Shown here: positions 1 through 10,157 of the stretch, one piece after another
How the letters are laid out: every line of letters begins with the position of its first letter
Numbering within the stretch: position 1 is the stretch's first letter
Assembly: GCA_965207065.1 (NCBI GenBank)
Contig: OZ242260.1
Coordinates: forward strand, 800,001-864,000
Direction: 5' to 3'
DNA: 64,000 bases
From: a bacterium
Lineage (GTDB): Bacteria; UBA8248
Notes under the pieces: generated by a model
The model's database searches: none
Told to the model about the DNA's origin: nothing
The model's input: the letters and a program-made list of their open reading frames with translations, nothing else
Made by a program: the position numbers and the translations under genes

Positions 1-355
1 TGGAAATGATTGTCTTTAATGTATCAGATGAATATGCAAGTGTCTACGAGCAAAATCCGGAAGCGGTTTTCTGGATACTCATCCCGGTCCCGCGGGGCAG
101 CGGGGCGCGACTGTAAACAAGTCCTTCCGTGTCGGGCTTTGGAGAAGGATTATGCAATGTTCCGACTGAGACTCGCCGGAAGGCGCAGGAAATATACGGA
201 CCGCCAGTCCGTCGGAAAAGTTCGGGCTTACGCCGGTCCCGGGTCGGGATGGGCGGAGAGAAGCAGACCAGCCGTTTAAGATCCCAAACAGCGCGCATTC
301 ACTTCCCCTCAGGAGAGAGAGGCGGTCGTGATGCTTCAGGTTTTGCGTGTGGTTT

Positions 356-1858
356 CTAGATGAACCCGGCGACGGTGCCCTTCGCCGCGTCGAGGAAGCT
401 GCCCGGGAAGATGCCCAGCAGAAGCGTCGCCACCACCAGCACCACCAGGGCGAAGAAAAGAGAGGGCGCGCTCGACAGGCTCATCACCTCCTGGCCCTCG
501 CCCCGGTTCTCCATGTACATCACCATGATGATGCGCCCGTAGTAGTACATCGAGACCGCGCTCATCACGAGACCGATGACGGCCAGCCAGTAGTACTCGT
601 TCTGAACCGCCGCGGCGAAGAGGTAGAGCTTGCCGACGAAGCCGGCCGTCGGCGGGATGCCGCCGAGCGAGAGCAGGAACACCACGAAGGCCATCCCCGC
701 CCAGGGGTGCGCCTGCCCGATTCCCTTCCAGTCCTCGATGTTGTCGCCCCGGTAGCCGTCGCGGCACACGAGAATCAGCATCCCGAAGGCCCCGAGGTTC
801 GTGAACAGGTAGGCGAGCAGGTAGAACGCCACCGCGCTGATGCCGATGTCGGTGAACGTCACCTTGCCGTCCACCACGCTCATGGTGGCCACCACGCCCA
901 TCAGCACGTAGCCCGCGTGCCCGATGCTCGAGTACGCCAGCATGCGCTTCAGGCTTGTCTGGGCGATGGCCGCCACGTTCCCCCACACCAGCGTGAACGC
1001 CGTGAGCGCCCACAACAGGGTGTTCCACCTGTCAGCCATGGCCGGTAACGCCACGAAGAATATCCGCATCAGGGCGGCGACGGTCGCGAACTTGACGGCC
1101 ACGGACATGAAGCCCGTAATCGGCGTCGGCGCGCCCGTGTAGGCGTCGGGCAGCCACATGTGGAACGGCGACAGCGCCAGCTTGAAGCCGAAGCCCGCGA
1201 CCAGGAGAATGAGGCCGAAAATCATCATCGGGTTCTGCGCGATGGCGGCGCCGCCTTCGCCCGAGAACGCCGCCGCGATTCCGCGAATCGAGGTCGTTCC
1301 GGTGAACCCGTACGTCAGTGCCATGCCGTAGAGGAGTACGCCCGAGGCGAAAGCGCCCATGAGGAAATACTTGAGGCCCGCCTCCCGGCTCAAGGGGTCG
1401 TGCCGCATGAACGCCACGAGCACGTAGATGCTGATGCTCATGGTCTCGAGTCCCAGATAGATCGAAATCAAATCGTTGCCAGAGGCCATCACGAGCATGC
1501 CGAACACCGAGAAGAGCAGCATGGCGTACAATTCGCCGAAGTTGATCTTCTCCACCTTGGCGTACTGAAGCAGCAGCAGGATGGAGATGGCCGTACAGAG
1601 CAGCACGCTCACCTTCACGAACACGCTCAGGTTGTCGACCACGTAGAAGCCGCTGAACGTCGTTCTCGCGCCCTCGCCCCATTGCCCGAAAGCGACGAGC
1701 GCGAGAATCACGACCCCCACGAACGCCACGACGCCCACGCGCGACTTGTTCTCGAGCGACACGAACAGGTCGAGAATCAGAACGGCGCATACGAGTATGG
1801 CCAGCCCTATCTCGGGAAGGGCCAGGGACAAGGCGATGTCGGGAATCACCACTTGCAT
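356..1858 (-). CDS. nuoN: NADH-quinone oxidoreductase subunit N (reduced 10-gene operon)
   Basis: Multi-TM antiporter-like protein with EAGLKYFLMG, FKLALSPFHMWLPDAYTGAP and KRMLAYSSIGHAGY; last gene after nuoM. Confidence 0.97.
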   Translation of the reverse strand: MQVVIPDIALSLALPEIGLAILVCAVLILDLFVSLENKSRVGVVAFVGVVILALVAFGQWGEGARTTFSGFYVVDNLSVFVKVSVLLCTAISILLLLQYAKVEKINFGELYAMLLFSVFGMLVMASGNDLISIYLGLETMSISIYVLVAFMRHDPLSREAGLKYFLMGAFASGVLLYGMALTYGFTGTTSIRGIAAAFSGEGGAAIAQNPMMIFGLILLVAGFGFKLALSPFHMWLPDAYTGAPTPITGFMSVAVKFATVAALMRIFFVALPAMADRWNTLLWALTAFTLVWGNVAAIAQTSLKRMLAYSSIGHAGYVLMGVVATMSVVDGKVTFTDIGISAVAFYLLAYLFTNLGAFGMLILVCRDGYRGDNIEDWKGIGQAHPWAGMAFVVFLLSLGGIPPTAGFVGKLYLFAAAVQNEYYWLAVIGLVMSAVSMYYYGRIIMVMYMENRGEGQEVMSLSSAPSLFFALVVLVVATLLLGIFPGSFLDAAKGTVAGFI

Positions 1859-1892
1859 CGGAAAGACTCCATCAAATCAAGCGAAATCTCGT

Positions 1893-3443
1893 TCATTTTT
1901 TCTCGAGCTTCGTCAGTTTACCGAGCGCGGCCTTTTGCGGGACCTCCGCCGCGTTCACCATCTTCACGACCTTCTTCACGCTCGCCTCCATCCTTCCGAG
2001 GAACGGCTTGGGATACAGGCCGATCCAGAACATCAGGATGACCAGCGGCAGAAGGTAGAGAACCTCGCGCGCGTTGCAGTCGGTGAGCTTCTCGTTCTCC
2101 GGATTATCCAGCGTACCGAAGAATACCCGCTGGAATAGCCAGAGCATGTAGGCCGCCCCCAGGACGATGCCGATGACGGCGAACGCCGCGTACACGTAGC
2201 TCTTCTTGAACGCGCCGATCAGGATCAAGAACTCGCCCACGAACCCGTTGAGCCCCGGCAGACCGATGCTGCTCAGCATCGTGATGGCGAAAAGCACCGT
2301 AAAGACCGGCACGACCTTCGAGAGGCCGCCATAATCGGAGATGAGGCGCGTATGACGCCTCTCGTAAACGACGCCCACCAGAAGGAACAAGGCGCCCGTG
2401 CTGATCCCGTGGTTGATCATCTGTAGCTGCCCGCCGAGCACGCCCTGTTCGTTCAAGGCGAACACGCCCAGCATCACGAAGCCCAGGTGGCTCACGGAGG
2501 AATAGGCCACCAGTTTCTTGATGTCGGTCTGCGCCATGGCCACCAGCGCCCCGTAGATGATGCCGATGATGGAGAGAAGCATCATGAAGGGCACGAAAAC
2601 ATGGCTCGCCTGGGGGAGTAGCGGCAGGGCGAAGCGCACGAAACCGTAGGTTCCCATTTTCAGGAGGATGCCCGCCAGAATCACGCTGCCCGCAGTGGGC
2701 GCTTCCACGTGCGCGTCCGGCAGCCAGGTGTGGAAGGGGAACATGGGGACCTTGATGGCGAATCCGATGAAGAACGCCAGGAATATCCATATCTGGAGCG
2801 AAAGCGGTATCTTCGGCCCCACGCCGTACAACTCGACCAGGTCGAACGTGAGGGTTCCGGTGCCCATTTTCAAGTTGGCGAAGTAGAACGCCAGAATTCC
2901 CAGCAGCATCAACACGCTGCCGAACAGCGTATAGAGGAAGAACTTGATCGCCGCGTAGAGCTTCCTCGGCCCGCCCCACACGCCGATGAGGAAATACATC
3001 GGCACCAGGGTAATCTCGAAGAACACGTAGAAGAGGAAGATATCAAGCGCGATGAAGGTGCCCAGCATGCCGGTCGCCAGCAAAAGGAGGCAGACGTAGT
3101 ATTCTTTCTCGCGCTCCTCGATGGCGGTGAACGAGCATACGACCCCTATGATCATCGTGAGCGTGGTGAGAAGAACGAGCAGCACGCTGATCCCGTCGAT
3201 GCCGACGAAATAGCTCACCCCGATGGTGGGTATCCAGCTCACCTTCTCCACGAACTGAAAGCCGGCTTCGGACTGATCGAACCTGAACCAGAGGGGAAGC
3301 GAAATCAGGAAGTCCAAGACCGCCACCGCCGTGGCGAAACCCTTGATGGCTTTCGTCTGCTCTTTTTTCATGAAGAGCATGATAATCACCGCGCCCGCCG
3401 CGGGCAGGAAGGTGATCATCGTAAGAAGCGGCATGTTACTCAT
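1893..3443 (-). CDS. nuoM: NADH-quinone oxidoreductase subunit M (reduced operon)
   Basis: GIDGIS, FYVFFE, AIKVPMFPFHTWLPDAHVEAPTAGSVILAG and KKLVAYSSVSH motifs. Confidence 0.97.
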   Translation of the reverse strand: MSNMPLLTMITFLPAAGAVIIMLFMKKEQTKAIKGFATAVAVLDFLISLPLWFRFDQSEAGFQFVEKVSWIPTIGVSYFVGIDGISVLLVLLTTLTMIIGVVCSFTAIEEREKEYYVCLLLLATGMLGTFIALDIFLFYVFFEITLVPMYFLIGVWGGPRKLYAAIKFFLYTLFGSVLMLLGILAFYFANLKMGTGTLTFDLVELYGVGPKIPLSLQIWIFLAFFIGFAIKVPMFPFHTWLPDAHVEAPTAGSVILAGILLKMGTYGFVRFALPLLPQASHVFVPFMMLLSIIGIIYGALVAMAQTDIKKLVAYSSVSHLGFVMLGVFALNEQGVLGGQLQMINHGISTGALFLLVGVVYERRHTRLISDYGGLSKVVPVFTVLFAITMLSSIGLPGLNGFVGEFLILIGAFKKSYVYAAFAVIGIVLGAAYMLWLFQRVFFGTLDNPENEKLTDCNAREVLYLLPLVILMFWIGLYPKPFLGRMEASVKKVVKMVNAAEVPQKAALGKLTKLEKK

Positions 3444-3466
3444 AGTTCCTCCAAAACCTCATCGCA

Positions 3467-5488
3467 TCAGCGGAAAAGGTACGCGCTCAGCATCACGAAG
3501 ATGCCCAACAGCATCACGAAAAGATAATTCTGAACCATGCCGGATTGCAGGTATTTGAATACCTGGGAGAAGAAGCGGATGAAGCTCGCCGTGCCGTTCA
3601 CCGCGCCGTCCACCGTCCGCAGGTCGAAAATGCCCGAGAAGCGGCTCGACACCATAGTGATGAGCGAACTGCCGTTCACCGCCCCGTCCACCACCTTCGC
3701 ATCGAAGGTCCACAGGCCGCGCATGAGCTTGTAGGTCGGCTCGACGATGCAGGCCTGGTAAATCTCGTCAACATAGTATTTGCCGAGGAGCAGGTAATAG
3801 ATGCCCGGTATGCTCCTGTACAGGCGCCTCGGCGCTCCGGTGTCCTTGACGTACATGTACCACGCCAGGGCGATGCCGCCCACGGCGACTGCGATGGCCA
3901 GGATGATCAGAAGCACCACCGCCGGGCCGCTGTGCCCGCCGCCGGCCGCGGCGTTCATCAGGTGCACGCCCTGGTCCATGGCGTGGCCGCCCGCCGGCAT
4001 CTTCGCCAGCGAGGGCGCGAGGAAGCGGTGTATCCAGCCGCCCTCGGGCGGGAAGCCGGGAATCACGCCGCCGATGACGCTCAGGACCGCCAGGATGATG
4101 AGCGGAACCGTCATCGTGGGGGGTGATTCGTGAATATGCTCGCGGGCGTGATGGTCGACGCGCATCTCGCCGTGAAACGTCATGAAGATGAGCCGGAACA
4201 TGTAGAAGGCCGTCATGAAGGCCGCGACGGTGCCCATGATCCAGACCGTGTAGTGTCCCGTGAAGAAGGCGTTCGCCAGAATCTCGTCCTTGCTCCAGAA
4301 GCCCGCCAGAGGCGGAACGCCCGCGATGGCGATCGCGCCGATCAGGAACGTCCAGTACGTGATGGGCATCTTGTCCTTCAAGCCGCCCATGTAGCGCATG
4401 TCCTGCTGCTGTTCCTCGGGCGCATGGTGAAGCGCGTGGATCACGCTGCCGCTGCCCAGAAAGAGCAGGCCCTTGAAGAAGGCGTGCGTCATCAGGTGGA
4501 AGATGGCGGCCGTGAAGGCGCCCACGCCCAGCGCCATGAACATGAAGCCGAGCTGGCTTACCGTGCTGTAGGCGAGCACGCGTTTGATGTCGTTCTGCAC
4601 CAGGCCGATGCTCGCGGCGAAAAGCCCCGTGAGCGCGCCGACGACGGCGATGACGCTCATCGCGTCCGGCCCCATGACGTAGATGGGGCTCGTGCGCGCG
4701 ACCATGTAGACGCCCGCCGTCACCATGGTGGCGGCGTGGATGAGGGCGCTGACGGGGGTCGGGCCTTCCATGGCGTCGGGCAGCCAGACGTAGAGCGGAA
4801 TCTGCGCGCTCTTGCCGACGGCGCCGACGAACAGCAGAAGGCCGACGGCCGACGCCATCGCCGCGCTCATCTCGGGAGCCGCCTGGAAGACTTCCGTGTA
4901 GGTGAGGCTGCCGGTCAGCGTCCAGATGAGGAACATGCCGAGCAGGAAGCCCGCGTCGCCGATTCGGTTGACGATGAACGCCTTCTTGCCGGCGTCTGAT
5001 GCGGATTGCTTCTCGTACCAGAAGCCGATGAGCAGATAGCTGCAAAGGCCCACGCCCTCCCAGCCGACGAACATGACGAGATAGTTGTCCCCCAGCACCA
5101 GCAGGAACATCGAGAGCATGAACAGGTTGAGATAGGTGAAAAAGCGCGGATAGCCCGGGTCGCCGTGCATGTAGCCCACGGCGTAGACGTGCACCAGAAA
5201 GCCCACGCCCGACACCACGAGCAGCATGATGGTGCTCAGCGGGTCGATGAGGAAGCTCATGGAAACGCTCAGGCTTCCCGCTTCCACCCACGTCCAGAGC
5301 GGTATGGTGTGGCTGCCGCCCGCGCCGAATATCATCTGCCCGGCGATGCCCAGCACAACGAGAAACGACAGCCCCGCCATGCCGGAGGCGATGGGGCCCG
5401 CATTCTCGCCCACGTGCTTTCCGAACAATCCGTTGATCAGGACCCCGATCACCGGAAAAACGGGAATGAGCCAAGCCAGTTCGATCAT
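3467..5488 (-). CDS. nuoL: NADH-quinone oxidoreductase subunit L (reduced operon)
   Basis: GWEGVGLCSYLLIGFW, GKSAQIPLYVWLPDAMEGPTPVSALIHAATMV and a C-terminal transverse-helix region. Confidence 0.97.
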   Translation of the reverse strand: MIELAWLIPVFPVIGVLINGLFGKHVGENAGPIASGMAGLSFLVVLGIAGQMIFGAGGSHTIPLWTWVEAGSLSVSMSFLIDPLSTIMLLVVSGVGFLVHVYAVGYMHGDPGYPRFFTYLNLFMLSMFLLVLGDNYLVMFVGWEGVGLCSYLLIGFWYEKQSASDAGKKAFIVNRIGDAGFLLGMFLIWTLTGSLTYTEVFQAAPEMSAAMASAVGLLLFVGAVGKSAQIPLYVWLPDAMEGPTPVSALIHAATMVTAGVYMVARTSPIYVMGPDAMSVIAVVGALTGLFAASIGLVQNDIKRVLAYSTVSQLGFMFMALGVGAFTAAIFHLMTHAFFKGLLFLGSGSVIHALHHAPEEQQQDMRYMGGLKDKMPITYWTFLIGAIAIAGVPPLAGFWSKDEILANAFFTGHYTVWIMGTVAAFMTAFYMFRLIFMTFHGEMRVDHHAREHIHESPPTMTVPLIILAVLSVIGGVIPGFPPEGGWIHRFLAPSLAKMPAGGHAMDQGVHLMNAAAGGGHSGPAVVLLIILAIAVAVGGIALAWYMYVKDTGAPRRLYRSIPGIYYLLLGKYYVDEIYQACIVEPTYKLMRGLWTFDAKVVDGAVNGSSLITMVSSRFSGIFDLRTVDGAVNGTASFIRFFSQVFKYLQSGMVQNYLFVMLLGIFVMLSAYLFR

Positions 5489-5495
5489 GATTCCC

Positions 5496-5798
5496 CTACC
5501 ACTTCAAAAGGTTGATTTCGTCCACGTTGACCATCGTGCGGTCGCGGTTGAGCGCAATGAGTATCGCAAGTCCCACGGCCGCCTCGCACGCCGCCACGGT
5601 GATGACGAAGATGGCGAACACCTGGCCCGTCATATCCGCCAGGTGGCGCGAGAAGCCCACGAAGGTCACGTTCACGGCGTTGAGCATCAACTCGATGGAC
5701 AACAGGATGATGATGGCGTTGCGGCGCATCAGAACGCCCATCGCGCCGATGAGGAACAGGACGGCGCCCAGGACGAGAAAATGAGTCATCGGTATCAT
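5496..5798 (-). CDS. nuoK: NADH-quinone oxidoreductase subunit K (reduced operon)
   Basis: 100 aa, 3 TM; RRNAI, IELMLNA and [10 protein letters not shown]. Confidence 0.96.
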   Translation of the reverse strand: MIPMTHFLVLGAVLFLIGAMGVLMRRNAIIILLSIELMLNAVNVTFVGFSRHLADMTGQVFAIFVITVAACEAAVGLAILIALNRDRTMVNVDEINLLKW

Positions 5799-5816
5799 TG
5801 CGGGTTCTCTCTCCCT

Positions 5817-6326
5817 CTATCGCTCTATCGTGCGCTTCGCGAGGACGATGGCGCCGATCATCGAGGCCAGCAGGAGGACGGAGGCCACCTCGAAGGGAAA
5901 CAGGAATTTCGTGTACAAGACCGCGCCCAGGGCTTCGACGTTGCCCGGCGTGGCTCCCAGCGACCACTCCCACTGCTTGGGCGCCCCGAACTCCACCTCC
6001 CCCAGCACGGCCCATATTTCCAGCCCCAGAAGCACGGCCGCCACGAGCACCACGACGCCCTGGCGGTGCCACTGCCGCATCCGCACGGCCACCTCCACGT
6101 TCATCAGCATGATCGAGAACAGGTAGAGCACCATGATGCCGCCCGCGTAGAGCAATATCTGCACCGCCGCCAGAAACTCCGCTCCCGCCAGCACGAAGAC
6201 GCCCGCCAGGAAGAAGAACGTCAGCACCAGCAGCAGGGCCGCGTGAATCACGTTCGCGCGCGTGATCATCAGCAGGGAGGTCAGGATCATCCCGCCCGCG
6301 AACATATAGAAGAAATAGATTTCCAC
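5817..6326 (-). CDS. nuoJ: NADH-quinone oxidoreductase subunit J (reduced operon)
   Basis: AEFLAAVQILLYAGGIMVLYLF and FPFEVASVLLL motifs. Confidence 0.95.
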   Translation of the reverse strand: MEIYFFYMFAGGMILTSLLMITRANVIHAALLLVLTFFFLAGVFVLAGAEFLAAVQILLYAGGIMVLYLFSIMLMNVEVAVRMRQWHRQGVVVLVAAVLLGLEIWAVLGEVEFGAPKQWEWSLGATPGNVEALGAVLYTKFLFPFEVASVLLLASMIGAIVLAKRTIER

Positions 6327-6345
6327 CCTGCGTCTCTCCCGCTGG

Positions 6346-7317
6346 TTACAAGAACAGGTACTTCAGGAATCCGGTCAGGAAAATGTTGAGCATCACGAGC
6401 GGGAACATGAACTTCCATCCCACGCGCATCAGCTGATCGTAACGGTAGCGCGGCAGCGTCGCCCGCAGCCATATGAACACGAACATCAAGGCGCCCAGTT
6501 TGAGGCAGTACCAGACGAAGCCGGGGAGCGGAATGAAATCCGGCCCATCCCATCCGCCGAAAAACAGCACGATGCCAATCGTCGATATGACCATCATGCT
6601 GGCGTACTCCGCCAGGAAGAAGAACGCGAACTTCATCCCGCTGTATTCGGTGTGAAAGCCGGCCACGAGTTCGGTTTCCGCCTCGGGCAGGTCGAAGGGC
6701 ACCCGGTTCGTCTCCGCAAGCGCCGCGATAAAGAAGACGATAAAGGCCAACGGCTGATAGAACACGAACCATACGTCGCGCTGCGCGTGTACGATCTCCT
6801 GCAGGTTCAGGGAACCGGCGAGCATCAGCGGCCCGATGACGGAGAAGCCCAGGAATATCTCGTAGCTCAGCATCTGCGCCGCGCTCCTGAGCGCGCCCAG
6901 AAGCGAGTATTTGCTGTTCGAGGCCCAGCCCGCCATCACCACGCCGAACACGCCGAGTGAGCTGATCGCCAGAACGAAAAACAGCCCGATGTTGATTTGC
7001 GTGATATAGAACGTCGCGCTGAAGGGCAGCACCGCATAGACGACCAGTGCGGGCACCAGCACCATCACGGGGGCCAGGACGAAAACAACGCGGTCCGCCT
7101 TGTCGGGGATGATGTCTTCTTTGAAAAACAGCTTGAGCCCGTCCGCTATCGGCTGAAGGAGCCCGTGCCAGCCCACGCGCATCGGCCCCAGGCGCAACTG
7201 TGCGTGGGCGATCACTTTTCGCTCGACGTAGATCATATACGCCACCACGAGTTGCACCACGTTGACCACGATGAATATCTTTATCGCGGCGACCGCGACT
7301 TCTAGCGCCATGTCCAA
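6346..7317 (-). CDS. nuoH: NADH-quinone oxidoreductase subunit H (reduced operon)
   Basis: [25 protein letters not shown] and [26 protein letters not shown]. Confidence 0.97.
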   Translation of the reverse strand: MDMALEVAVAAIKIFIVVNVVQLVVAYMIYVERKVIAHAQLRLGPMRVGWHGLLQPIADGLKLFFKEDIIPDKADRVVFVLAPVMVLVPALVVYAVLPFSATFYITQINIGLFFVLAISSLGVFGVVMAGWASNSKYSLLGALRSAAQMLSYEIFLGFSVIGPLMLAGSLNLQEIVHAQRDVWFVFYQPLAFIVFFIAALAETNRVPFDLPEAETELVAGFHTEYSGMKFAFFFLAEYASMMVISTIGIVLFFGGWDGPDFIPLPGFVWYCLKLGALMFVFIWLRATLPRYRYDQLMRVGWKFMFPLVMLNIFLTGFLKYLFL

Positions 7318-7329
7318 CGAAACGACTCC

Positions 7330-8472
7330 TTACCGATCACACTCGCCCAACACGATGTCGATGCTTCCGATGATGGCCACCACGTCCGCGACCAACTGCC
7401 CGATGCACAGCTTCTTGAGCCCCCCCAGGTTGATGAACGAGGGCGGGCGGATGCGGACGCGATAGGGCGTCGTCGTCCCATCGCTCACGATGTAGAAGCC
7501 GAACTCGCCCTTGGGGTTTTCGATGCTGTGGTATATCTCGCCCTCCGGGGGCTTGATGGTTCGCGGCGTCTTGCAGGTCACCGGCCCGCCGGGAAGCTGG
7601 TCCAGGCACTGCTGGATGATGCGGGTGCTCTGGCGCAACTCCTCGATGCGCACCAGATAGCGGTCGTATATGTCGCCGTTCTCGCCGACGGGAACGACGA
7701 AATCGAGATAGGGATACGCCGCGTATGGCTTGGCGCGCCTTAAGTCCCAACGCACGCCGCTGCCCCGGATGATCGGGCCCGTCAATCCTAAGTCCATCGC
7801 ATCCTCGGCGGAGATGATGCCCACGTCGCGCGTCCTCTGCAGCCAGATGCGGTTGTTCGTGAGCAGCGTCTCGTAATCATCGATCCGGCTCGGGAAAATA
7901 TCGATGAACTCCTGCGTGAGTTGCAGGAACTTGTCCGGCACGTCCTCGTGCAGACCGCCCAGGCGGAAGGCGTTCACCGTCAGTCGGCCGCCGAACGCCG
8001 TCTCGAAGAGATCGAGCACCATCTCGCGCTCTCGGAAGCACCACAGGAACACCGTCATCGCCCCGATGTCGAGAGCGTGCGTGGCGAGCCAGAGCAGGTG
8101 GCTGGCGATGCGGGAGAGCTCCCCCACCATCGAGCGGATGTACTGCGCCCGCATGGGGATCTCCCAGTCGAAGAATTTCTCCACCGCCGTGACCCACGCG
8201 AGATTGTTCGAGGGCGCCGCGATGTAGTCGAGGCGGTCCGTATAGGGGATGAACATCGTGTAGGTGATGTTCTCGCCGATCTTCTCCGTGCCGCGGTGCA
8301 GGTAGCCGATGTCGCAGTCGAGGTCGTTCACCGTCTCGCCGTCGAGTTTCAGGATCACCCGGAGCACCCCGTGCGTGCTCGGGTGCTGGGGACCCATGTT
8401 GATGACGAGTTCTTCGGTCCCGTGCAGGGTGCTCTGCTGCTCGATACGAGACGTGTTCGCTACGCCGACCAT
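7330..8472 (-). CDS. nuoD: NADH-quinone oxidoreductase subunit D, short form (reduced operon)
   Basis: NMGPQHPSTHGVLR, GYLHRG, DRLDY and C-terminal IDIVLGECDR; no NiFe CxxC pairs. Confidence 0.96.
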   Translation of the reverse strand: MVGVANTSRIEQQSTLHGTEELVINMGPQHPSTHGVLRVILKLDGETVNDLDCDIGYLHRGTEKIGENITYTMFIPYTDRLDYIAAPSNNLAWVTAVEKFFDWEIPMRAQYIRSMVGELSRIASHLLWLATHALDIGAMTVFLWCFREREMVLDLFETAFGGRLTVNAFRLGGLHEDVPDKFLQLTQEFIDIFPSRIDDYETLLTNNRIWLQRTRDVGIISAEDAMDLGLTGPIIRGSGVRWDLRRAKPYAAYPYLDFVVPVGENGDIYDRYLVRIEELRQSTRIIQQCLDQLPGGPVTCKTPRTIKPPEGEIYHSIENPKGEFGFYIVSDGTTTPYRVRIRPPSFINLGGLKKLCIGQLVADVVAIIGSIDIVLGECDR

Positions 8473-8501
8473 TCCCTCATTTCCTCAAAAAGTGCGTTGC
8501 T

Positions 8502-9092
8502 CTAATCGCCGATTTCCTTGCGCTTCGGCTTGGTGTAAATCCGCTCTCCCCGACCCTCGAGCGGATAGTCCTTCCGCATCGGATGGCTGCCCCAGTTGTC
8601 GGGCAGAAGTATCCGCCTGAGATCCGGATGACCCTCGAATTCGATGCCGAACAAATCGTAGATTTCACGCTCCATCCAGTCCGCGCTGCTCCATACGCCC
8701 GAAACCGTAGGCATGGCCTGGCCTTCCTTGATCCGCACTTTCAGGCGAAGCCTGCGGTTATGTTCGATGCTGTAGAGCTGATACAGCACCTCGAAGGGAT
8801 TTTCGGCCTCCGGGTAGTGCACCGCCGTCAAGTCGGTGAGGAGTTTGAAGAGCGTATCGCCGTGGTCGCGCAGATGCGTGGACACGGCGACGATGGAGTC
8901 GAGTCCCACGACGAACGTCGCCTCGTCCTCATCGTCCTGATAGGCGCTCTGCTCCAGAACTGCGCCCGGAAACGCCGATTCCACCACTTCCTTCAAATCC
9001 TCGCCGGGCGGAGTCTTCACGGCTTCGGCGGGCTCATCGGCATCCGGAGCGCCGTTCGTCTGTTCGCTGTTTTCCTCTACCTCGTCCGGCAT
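8502..9092 (-). CDS. nuoC: NADH-quinone oxidoreductase subunit C (reduced operon)
   Basis: W.EREIYDLFGI.FEGHPDLRRIL..GSHPMRKDYP. Confidence 0.96.
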   Translation of the reverse strand: MPDEVEENSEQTNGAPDADEPAEAVKTPPGEDLKEVVESAFPGAVLEQSAYQDDEDEATFVVGLDSIVAVSTHLRDHGDTLFKLLTDLTAVHYPEAENPFEVLYQLYSIEHNRRLRLKVRIKEGQAMPTVSGVWSSADWMEREIYDLFGIEFEGHPDLRRILLPDNWGSHPMRKDYPLEGRGERIYTKPKRKEIGD

Positions 9093-9118
9093 CTTCTTCC
9101 CTTGTGCGCCGCAGGTTG

Positions 9119-9595
9119 TTACCGGCGGATGTATTTTTCCTGTTCAATTTTTTTCTGAAGCTGCATGACGCCCCACATCAAGGATTCGGGCCTGGGCGGG
9201 CAACCCGGAATGTAGACGTCCACCGGGATGATTTCATCCACTCCCTGCATCACCGCATAGTTCGCGTACGGGCCGCCGCAGGTGGCGCAGTTGCCCATCG
9301 CGATCACCCAGCGCGGCTCGGGCATCTGGTCGTAGACCTTGCGAATCGCATCACCCATCTTGTGGGTGACGGTGCCCGCCACGATGATCACGTCGGACTG
9401 GCGCGGCGTGGCGCGGAAGATCACGCCGAAACGGTCGAAATCGTAGCGCGCAGCGCCCGAGGCCATCATCTCGATGGCGCAGCACGCCAGGCCGAAGGTC
9501 ATCGGCCAAAGCGCGCTCTTCCTCGCCCAGGCGACCAGGCTGTCGACTTTCGACGTGACGAAATTATCGCTGAACTTGCCCTCGACTATGCCCAC
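9119..9595 (-). CDS. nuoB: NADH-quinone oxidoreductase subunit B (reduced operon)
   Basis: [11 protein letters not shown] and PGCPPRPE (N2 cluster ligands); GTG start at 9595 overlaps the nuoA stop, so the ORF-track start is too long. Confidence 0.95.
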   Translation of the reverse strand: MGIVEGKFSDNFVTSKVDSLVAWARKSALWPMTFGLACCAIEMMASGAARYDFDRFGVIFRATPRQSDVIIVAGTVTHKMGDAIRKVYDQMPEPRWVIAMGNCATCGGPYANYAVMQGVDEIIPVDVYIPGCPPRPESLMWGVMQLQKKIEQEKYIRR

Positions 9596-9987
9596 TCCAA
9601 CGCTCCTTTTCGCCAAGCGTAGAAATAACCCACCAACAGGATGGCGATGAACAGCATCATCTCGATGAATCCGAACAGCCCGAGTGCGTCGTAGCGCACC
9701 GCCCAGGGGAAGAGGAACAAGGCCTCCACGTCGAAGAGCAGGAACAGTATGCCCAGCAGGTAGAACCGGATGGAGAAGCGCTCGTGCGCCTCCATCAGCG
9801 GGGGCATGCCGCACTCATAGGGGGAGTTCTTCTCGGAGTCGGGGTTGTTCGGGCGGACCAGCATCGCGAAGATCAGAATACTCGCCGCGAGGGCGGCCGC
9901 CATGAGCGTGATCAGGAAGATGGGGACGTAGGGATTGATGACCTGATAATCCCTGAAAAACGCGCCTACAACCTCCATGGCATCCAT
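9586..9987 (-). CDS. nuoA: NADH-quinone oxidoreductase subunit A (reduced operon)
   Basis: [22 protein letters not shown] and [10 protein letters not shown]; start chosen at ATG 9987 after a GGGGGA RBS. Confidence 0.94.
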   Translation of the reverse strand: MDAMEVVGAFFRDYQVINPYVPIFLITLMAAALAASILIFAMLVRPNNPDSEKNSPYECGMPPLMEAHERFSIRFYLLGILFLLFDVEALFLFPWAVRYDALGLFGFIEMMLFIAILLVGYFYAWRKGALEWA

Positions 9988-10109
9988 GCGTGGTCCCCCA
10001 CAAAATACAGCATACCCCAAGAGTCATGAGAATGCGCCGCCTTCATCGTTGCCGCATGGCGGTCATTCCCCTCGAAAACCCCTGGATCAAAAGCATGATA
10101 TCGAACGAA

Positions 10110-10133
10110 CCGCCATGATTTATATCATGGCGG
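10110..10133. promoter_or_regulatory. Perfect palindrome CCGCCATGAT-TTAT-ATCATGGCGG between the two nuo operons (FNR/CRP-like site or terminator hairpin)
   Basis: 10-bp perfect inverted repeat with a 4-nt spacer; core ATGAT-N4-ATCAT versus FNR consensus TTGAT-N4-ATCAA. Confidence 0.5.
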
Positions 10134-10157
10134 CAATCGAAAAACCAACCCCTGAGG

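Noticed and set aside
1-355. Short ORFs or an ncRNA downstream of nuoN
   Set aside because: No recognisable motifs, RBS or RNA family structure; treated as intergenic.
7330-8472. Reduced nuo operon as a group 4 [NiFe]-hydrogenase or Mrp antiporter
   Set aside because: NuoD lacks both CxxC Ni-binding pairs and keeps quinone-site motifs; nuoA, H, J and K are present.
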